Part shown: piece by piece, positions 58,544 to 64,000 of the stretch
Position numbering within the stretch: position 1 is the first letter of the stretch
Layout of the letters: each line of letters starts with the position of its first letter
Origin: an uncultured Candidatus Micrarchaeota archaeon
Lineage (GTDB): Archaea > Micrarchaeota > Micrarchaeia > Burarchaeales > Fermentimicrarchaeaceae
Direction: 5' to 3'
DNA: 64,000 nt
Assembly (NCBI GenBank): GCA_963760615.1
Contig: CAVXDX010000003.1
Span: 104,718 to 168,717 of the forward strand
Program-made: the position numbers and the translations under genes
Notes under the pieces: generated by a model
Seen by the model: only the letters and a program-made list of their open reading frames with translations
Told to the model about the DNA's origin: nothing
The model's database searches: none

Positions 58544-60527
58544 GCTCGCTCTTCTTCTCGTTGAACTCGTAAAGCTTGTTGAGGAAGCCCACTTCCTCCC
58601 CCTCCCTCCAAACCTGATCCCTCATTTTTGTCGGAATGGTGTCCTTTCCAAGCATGCCTTCAATCTCATCTGGAATTTCACCTCTGGAGCGCCAGTTCAC
58701 CTCTGAGCACTGTATCACCCTTCTTTTCTTCTCGACATCTGTTGAGAGTGTTATTATTATGTCAAGCATCGATAGCATGTCGCTTGGAACCTTCATTGGC
58801 GGTCCGTGTATCCTTTTCACAACTGCAGTTCCAACCTCCTTTGAATGCAGTGTAGTCATGAAGGATATGCCCCAGTTGGCTCCTGAGAACAGCTCTCTGG
58901 CTTCACTCCCCCGGAGCTCCCCCAGCACAATTCTGTCCGGCCTCATCCTCAGGGAATTGGTTATCTGGTCCATGGAAGTTCTGAGCCTTGCAACCTCCTC
59001 GCCCTTCCTCATTGCCTCATCCTTCCTCTCCTGGTAAACCCCGATAAGCGGAATCCAGTTTATGAACTTATCATAGAATCTGAGCTCGTTTATCTCCTCC
59101 TCAACCGATATGACCCTCTCGCCTGCAGGGATGAAGACAAGCAGAGAGGAAAGAAGGGACGTCTTTCCTGTTGCAGGTGCGCCCGTGATTATCATCTGGG
59201 ATTTCTTGAGCTCTATGGCCATCCAGAGGAACGCGCCAAGCTCCGCATCAACGGTTCCGGCATTCATTATCTTCGTATACGTCCAGGGGTCGCTCCCGAA
59301 GAGCCTTATGCTGGCGGTTGCGCCTGTGAGGGAAGCTGGAGCAATCTGGGCATGAAGCCTTGAACCGTCAGGAAGCTGGGCATCAACCACAGGGTGTATC
59401 ATGTCAAGCGATTTGCCAAGAGGCCTCAGAATTGCATTCATAACTTTCTTGAATGACCTGTCGCTCGTGAACCTCAGATTTGTTATGCACCTTCCATGCT
59501 TCCTGTGGTAGACAAGAATTTCCCTCAGCGGGTGGTCAATTTCTATCTCCTCAAGATTTTCCCTGTCCCTCATCCAGAAGTACTCTATGGCGCCAAAGCC
59601 TATAGTGTCAATTGCCACTATCTCCGCTATGGACTCCTTCTTCTCCGGGTCCAGGGTCGGCTCAAGCCTGTTTAGTATATCCCTTGCTATGAGCTTGACC
59701 TTGTTGATAGCCTTAGACCTCATCTCCAGATTGAAATACTCCGGAGGGGTGAGGAACGCCGACAGGTATTCATCGGCAACTTTCATTATTGTGAAATGCT
59801 TCACATACTCAGCAAGCTTCCAGTCATCTGAGAACAGCTTTGGGAAGCTTATGCAGTACGTCCTCCCCAAATCCTCCACATCGAATATCTTAACCCTCCC
59901 ATACTCGTCAACCAGTCTAGCATCCTTGCCCGGCGGCGGGAACTCAAGAACACCAAACGAGAAAGGAGCGGAGAACCTTTTATCTATGCTCTCCGGTGAA
60001 AGTGGCTCCCTGTATCTGATGGTGGGTATGTCCTTGCCCTCTCCTATGAAATGCGGCTCAAATCCTTTCTCATAGAACTCCTCAGATTCATGTTCTTTCT
60101 TGGCTTCTGAGATATCCTCCTCAACTTCATAGACTTCAAGAGCGCCGTGGGGGCAGAATGTAACACATATTGGGTTTGACAGCTTTAGAGAGGAGCATAG
60201 GTCGCATTTGACGGATACCTTCATGCCCTTCTTATTCTTCTTCAGCTTTATCCCGCTGGTCTTGCATTCCGAAACGCATGCGCCGCAGCCGTCGCATTTC
60301 TCAGGGATTACCTGTATTATGCCATTCTTGTCTATCCTGAGAGCGTTGTTCATGCACGCCTTGACGCAGACCGCATACTTCGGGTTGCATTGCGTGCAAT
60401 ACTGCAACTCCCCTCCCGCTATGGACAGGACTCCTTTTGGGCATACCCTTGTGCAGTAGTTGCATTGCGGTGCCTTGCACTTCTCCTCAATCCACCTAAG
60501 CTTCTTCATAAAACGACCGGGAAACAC
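58503..60527 (-). CDS. FlaI/VirB11/TadA-family secretion ATPase with N-terminal tandem 4Fe-4S ferredoxin-like domains
   Basis: Four Cys clusters (CKAPQCNYCTRVCP, CTQCNPKYAVCVKAC, CDGCGACVSEC, CDLCSS...CVTFCP); Walker A GAPATGKTS, Asp box DRIVLGELRGSEA, His box TLHS. Confidence 0.75.
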   Translation of the reverse strand: MFPGRFMKKLRWIEEKCKAPQCNYCTRVCPKGVLSIAGGELQYCTQCNPKYAVCVKACMNNALRIDKNGIIQVIPEKCDGCGACVSECKTSGIKLKKNKKGMKVSVKCDLCSSLKLSNPICVTFCPHGALEVYEVEEDISEAKKEHESEEFYEKGFEPHFIGEGKDIPTIRYREPLSPESIDKRFSAPFSFGVLEFPPPGKDARLVDEYGRVKIFDVEDLGRTYCISFPKLFSDDWKLAEYVKHFTIMKVADEYLSAFLTPPEYFNLEMRSKAINKVKLIARDILNRLEPTLDPEKKESIAEIVAIDTIGFGAIEYFWMRDRENLEEIEIDHPLREILVYHRKHGRCITNLRFTSDRSFKKVMNAILRPLGKSLDMIHPVVDAQLPDGSRLHAQIAPASLTGATASIRLFGSDPWTYTKIMNAGTVDAELGAFLWMAIELKKSQMIITGAPATGKTSLLSSLLVFIPAGERVISVEEEINELRFYDKFINWIPLIGVYQERKDEAMRKGEEVARLRTSMDQITNSLRMRPDRIVLGELRGSEARELFSGANWGISFMTTLHSKEVGTAVVKRIHGPPMKVPSDMLSMLDIIITLSTDVEKKRRVIQCSEVNWRSRGEIPDEIEGMLGKDTIPTKMRDQVWREGEEVGFLNKLYEFNEKKSELESVRPIPLKNAE

Positions 60528-60719
60528 TCCTCGATATACTTTAGCTGTATAGATTTAAAATGTTGCAGGTTTAACTCAGGAAAGCTTAATATATCTCAGC
60601 GCATCAATACGCACAGGTGATTTTTGTGGAGGAACACCCTGAATGCGAATCTTGCCCTTTCTGCTGCTACGAGAGACCAGAGAAAGAGGAGAAGAAGCCA
60701 AAAAAGAAGAAGGCGGCTC

Positions 60720-61193
60720 CTAAACGACGCTGAGCTGAACTGTCTTATTTATATCAAGAGAGATGGGCAGGTTGAGTGTTGCACTTACATACCACCTCAC
60801 CTGAGAGGGCGCAGCCCCTAAGCCCTCCGCTATTCCAACTATGTCTGCTGCCAGTCCTTCCAGCTTTGGTGGCTCTGGCATTTTAGGCACTGTTATCTCA
60901 AACTGGTACTCCCCACTGGTATACTCCTTCTCCCCTCCGAGAGTAAGCTTGAACTCATAAACTATGTCTTTACGACTCGTTGGTCTTTCCACAGATTTAT
61001 GGCTTGCAGAATCAAATGTTTGACTTTTCGTTCTCACACTCCTCTCGCCCCAAAACCTCACCCCGAGTTCCCTGGCCTTCTTGGGAGAATTAAGCTGAAG
61101 TTTTACAGTCCCCTTTATTTTGTCACCTGGCGAGTAGTTTACCTTATCCAGGGTTACATCCATTCTGCCCTCACCAATACCAAAAACCACCAA
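60720..61193 (-). CDS. Spo0M/arrestin-N-like protein
   Basis: VTLDKVNYSPGDKIKGTVKLQL arrestin-like N-terminal strand pattern. Confidence 0.4.
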   Translation of the reverse strand: MVVFGIGEGRMDVTLDKVNYSPGDKIKGTVKLQLNSPKKARELGVRFWGERSVRTKSQTFDSASHKSVERPTSRKDIVYEFKLTLGGEKEYTSGEYQFEITVPKMPEPPKLEGLAADIVGIAEGLGAAPSQVRWYVSATLNLPISLDINKTVQLSVV

Positions 61194-61260
61194 ATCACCA
61201 AATAGAATTTAACGTATTATTTTTAAATATAACGCTTCAAATGATAATGGGGGTGGAATT

Positions 61261-61581
61261 ATGAAAGCGAAGGTACTTCTGCTGTTGTTAGTGCTAGGCA
61301 TTGTCTCAGCACAGGTGGCTAGCACAGATGTTAGAACCACGCTATGTCCTCTTGTAACGCTCGTGAGGCAGATTGGGGTTTTCATTGCCATAGTGATGCT
61401 CTCCTATGCCGGCATAAGCTTCATGACATCCGGCAGCGATCCAATGAGGCACAAGGAAGCAGAGAAGAGGCTCGAATATGTCATAATAGGCATATTGATT
61501 CTCATAATGGCTTTCTACATAGTTGCAAGAATGTTCGCCGGGGTGAATGTGCTCAGCGGCGGGGACTGCCCTTGGGTCTAG
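61261..61581 (+). CDS. small signal-peptide + two-TM membrane protein, VirB2/TrbC-pilin-like topology
   Basis: Signal peptide MKAKVLLLLLVLGIVSAQVA, two TM helices separated by a charged loop (TSGSDPMRHKEAEKRLEY). Confidence 0.35.
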   Translation: MKAKVLLLLLVLGIVSAQVASTDVRTTLCPLVTLVRQIGVFIAIVMLSYAGISFMTSGSDPMRHKEAEKRLEYVIIGILILIMAFYIVARMFAGVNVLSGGDCPWV

Positions 61582-61592
61582 ATTTACACGAG

Positions 61593-62075
61593 TCAGTCTA
61601 GCCGTTTTCCCATAGGTGCTTCCGCGAACTTATCCCCTATTTTCTCCTTTTCTTCGTATTCATACCCACCATGCTTTTTCAAAAAATCCTTGGACTCGCG
61701 TGTTAGAGGACTTGTAGTCATATACGTCACTCCCAGCGCCTTCAGCGTAGCCTCAGAATGTTTAAGCAGAAGCATTCCAATCCCCTCTCCCTGCCTATGA
61801 GTTGCAACGGCGAGCTTAAGCCCATCGGCAGTTTTGGATTCCATATCTACAAAGCATTCCCTTGCGCCAACCACTTCCTTGCTTTCCCTATCAACAGCAA
61901 CAAAAACTATATTCCCTTTTTTCTTTCCATAGAGCTCAAACAGGCTCCCTCCCCTAACGCCATCTTTGAAGCCGTTTTCTCTCAGTATTCTGTCTACGTT
62001 CACTCTATCCTCTTCATGAAACTCCCTTATCTCAACATAGGCGCTAGCACCCTCTATCTTCCTGGTAGCTTCCAT
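61593..62075 (-). CDS. GNAT-family N-acetyltransferase
   Basis: QGEGIGMLLL acetyl-CoA-binding motif. Confidence 0.7.
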   Translation of the reverse strand: MEATRKIEGASAYVEIREFHEEDRVNVDRILRENGFKDGVRGGSLFELYGKKKGNIVFVAVDRESKEVVGARECFVDMESKTADGLKLAVATHRQGEGIGMLLLKHSEATLKALGVTYMTTSPLTRESKDFLKKHGGYEYEEKEKIGDKFAEAPMGKRLD

Positions 62076-62122
62076 GCATTAAATTGTGTCTTCTGGACTA
62101 TTTAACATTTGCGAGCAGGAAA

Positions 62123-62154
62123 CCCCACGCTCTTCAGAGGTGGGAGCATGTCAC
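62123..62154 (+). mobile_element. miniature IS200/IS605-derived element or solo end (left-end-type hairpin fused to right-end terminus)
   Basis: CCCCACGCTCTTCAGAGGTGGGAGCATGTCAC: hairpin of the 30149 type directly joined to the AGCATGTCAC terminus; lies between the GNAT gene and the purM stop. Confidence 0.45.
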
Positions 62155-62155
62155 A

Positions 62156-63172
62156 CTATAGTGAAAAATAGGCTCCATCCTTTACAACTTCCACTTTTCT
62201 CTCTTTGATGACGTTTCCTATTAAATAAGCTTTTTGCCCGTGCTTCTCAAAAATACCAATCGTCTTCTTTACATCCCCCCTGCCCACAACCATGCATAAT
62301 CCTATCCCCATGTTAAATGTGGAGTACATCTCAGTGTAGCTCAAACCAGCCTTCCTCCTCAGCTCCTCAAAAATCGGCTTAGGTTTAGGCATGCTGTCAA
62401 GCAGGAAACCCCTCTTTGCCAGCTCTCCAATCCTGCTGAGCTTCGAGAATGCCCCGCCAGTTATATGCGCCAGGCCGTGCACTCTAAACTTTTTCAAGCA
62501 TTCCATAACAGGCTTGACATATATCCTTGTTGGAGTGAGCAGCTCCCTAGCCCATTCGTTCATGTCAAGAACCTTTCTTGCAAGCGTATAACCATTGGAA
62601 TGCAAGCCAGAACTCTCAACTCCAACAACCGCATCGTTTGTTTTCATCTTCTCCCCAGTCACCAGACCCCCTCTCCCAACAACTCCTATACATGTTGCCG
62701 CAAGGTCAAAACCATTTGTGCGGAACCCGCTGAAATCCAGACCAGGCTTTATCATGTCTGGCAGCACTGCAGTTTCTCCTCCAACTATTGCAACCTCAGC
62801 TTCCTTTGCACCCTCAACAAGCCCCTGCACGAGCCTGGAGACAAGCTCCTCATCCTCATGCTCAAGGGCGATGTAGTCAACAAGTGCAACTGGTCTTGCA
62901 CCAACGCATATTATGTCATTCACATTCATTGCAACGCAGTCTATCCCAACTGTGTCATACTTTCTTAGAAACTGCGCAACAAGCACCTTGCTTCCCACGC
63001 CGTCTGTATGCATTGCAATTGTCTCTTTCCCAATTTTCACAATGCCGGCATAATGGCCATGTACTGGCAGCACATCCTTCCCATGGGTTGTGGAGATGAG
63101 TTCGTGGATTGAGGCATGGATGCCCCTGACTCTCTTCACATCAACTCCTGCCTTAGCATAGTCCATGCTCAT
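62156..63172 (-). CDS. purM: phosphoribosylformylglycinamidine cyclo-ligase (AIR synthetase)
   Basis: MSMDYAKAGVDV, GIDCVAMNVND motifs. Confidence 0.9.
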   Translation of the reverse strand: MSMDYAKAGVDVKRVRGIHASIHELISTTHGKDVLPVHGHYAGIVKIGKETIAMHTDGVGSKVLVAQFLRKYDTVGIDCVAMNVNDIICVGARPVALVDYIALEHEDEELVSRLVQGLVEGAKEAEVAIVGGETAVLPDMIKPGLDFSGFRTNGFDLAATCIGVVGRGGLVTGEKMKTNDAVVGVESSGLHSNGYTLARKVLDMNEWARELLTPTRIYVKPVMECLKKFRVHGLAHITGGAFSKLSRIGELAKRGFLLDSMPKPKPIFEELRRKAGLSYTEMYSTFNMGIGLCMVVGRGDVKKTIGIFEKHGQKAYLIGNVIKERKVEVVKDGAYFSL

Positions 63173-63201
63173 ACAAACACCTGAAATAACCTCGACGCTG
63201 T

Positions 63202-64000
63202 TTAAACTCTCTTCAGCTCCTTCAGCGCCTTTTCAACTATCGTTGTGGCCTCCCCAATATACGTATTCGGGTCGAATGCATTCTCAAGCTCTTTCTCACT
63301 GAGATAGCGCATGACTTCCCTGTTCTCGCTGAGCGCCTCCCTTAGGTGCTTTCTCTCTTTGAATGCCTTTATGCTGGCATTTCTGAGAAGCTCATGCGCC
63401 TCCTGCCTACTCATCCCTTTCTGCGCTAGCAGTATCATAAGCCTCTCAGCCATTATCTGCCCCTTGCTGAGCTCTATGTTCTTTCTTATGTTCTCTGGGA
63501 AGAACTCCAGCCCCACAAGTATGTCTATCATCTCATTCAGCATGAAATTTGCAACTATGAAAGACTCCGGAATTATGAAGCGCTCATTTGCCGAGTTTGT
63601 CAAGTCTCTCTCATGCTCAAGGGGAATGTTCTCCAGCGCCACAGAAACATCTGACCTGAGCAGCCTCACAAGGCTGCATATCCTCTCGCACCTGTGGGGG
63701 TTCCTCTTGTGCGGCATTGTTGAGCTCCCAACCTGCTTCCTGCCGAATGGCTCTGCAACTTCCATTATTTCGGTTCTCTGCAGATTCCTTATCTCCTTGG
63801 CTATCTTCTCAAGCGTGCAGCCGACGAGCGCCAGCACGAATAATACTTCAGCATGCCTGTCTCTTTGCACAACTTGGTTTGTGACAAGGTCGGGCTCTAC
63901 GCCTAATTCCCTCATGACATACTCCTGAATTCTGAAGCCCTCCTTCCCGAATGTTGACATTGTCCCAACAGCACCGCTCATCTTGCCAACCATCATCCTC
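63202..64000 (-). CDS. purB: adenylosuccinate lyase, C-terminal part (N-terminus beyond window)
   Basis: GSSTMPHKRNP fumarate-lyase signature. Confidence 0.85.
   Translation of the reverse strand, partial: RMMVGKMSGAVGTMSTFGKEGFRIQEYVMRELGVEPDLVTNQVVQRDRHAEVLFVLALVGCTLEKIAKEIRNLQRTEIMEVAEPFGRKQVGSSTMPHKRNPHRCERICSLVRLLRSDVSVALENIPLEHERDLTNSANERFIIPESFIVANFMLNEMIDILVGLEFFPENIRKNIELSKGQIMAERLMILLAQKGMSRQEAHELLRNASIKAFKERKHLREALSENREVMRYLSEKELENAFDPNTYIGEATTIVEKALKELKRV

Noticed and set aside
1-64000. CRISPR arrays, rRNA genes, integrase or attachment-site pairs
   Set aside because: No regularly spaced direct repeats, rRNA-like conserved stretches or tyrosine-recombinase motifs were seen anywhere in the window.

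Overview
Archaeal chromosomal window of about 50% GC, mostly conserved informational and metabolic genes read from the sequence. These include thiolase plus archaeal HMG-CoA synthase, Orc1/Cdc6 next to SepF, the RpoE'-Spt4 and L7Ae-S28e-L24e-Ndk clusters, aIF5A, S24e, Sm, Alba, Sec61beta, Kae1, Bud32, TyrRS, NadE, PurH, PurM, PurB, ThiDN, ThiL and GlmU/GlmM. There are two tRNAs: tRNA-Ala(GGC) with a 14-nt anticodon-loop intron, and tRNA-Val(GAC). Accessory content: (1) an IS200/IS605-family (IS1341-like) tnpB element at about 30.1-31.3 kb inserted into the N-terminal remnant of an older tnpB copy, plus several short right-end/omegaRNA-like relics (15.6, 54.3, 62.1 kb) sharing a CCCAC...GTGGG hairpin followed by AGCATGTCAC; (2) seven class-III-signal-peptide (archaeal type IV pilin-like) genes in three places, one cluster of three (one carrying a vWA domain) apparently inserted between kae1 and bud32; (3) a tightly packed six-gene minus-strand operon (56.0-60.5 kb) encoding a FlaI/VirB11-type secretion ATPase with an N-terminal double [4Fe-4S] ferredoxin module, a small protein, a TadC/FlaJ-like platform protein, an AMMECR1 protein, a PAS protein and a stand-alone LigD-type 3'-phosphoesterase, with a VirB2/TrbC-like small membrane protein and a Spo0M/arrestin-like protein nearby; this operon is the best candidate for an undescribed system; (4) an 1840-aa secreted gingipain-like (peptidase C25) protein with FG-GAP-like repeats and a C-terminal membrane anchor; (5) a very Cys-rich pilin-like protein with internal tandem repeats, a protein with three AbrB/MazE-like domains, and a 4xCBS protein with a C-terminal RaiA/HPF-like domain. 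No CRISPR array or rRNA was seen.
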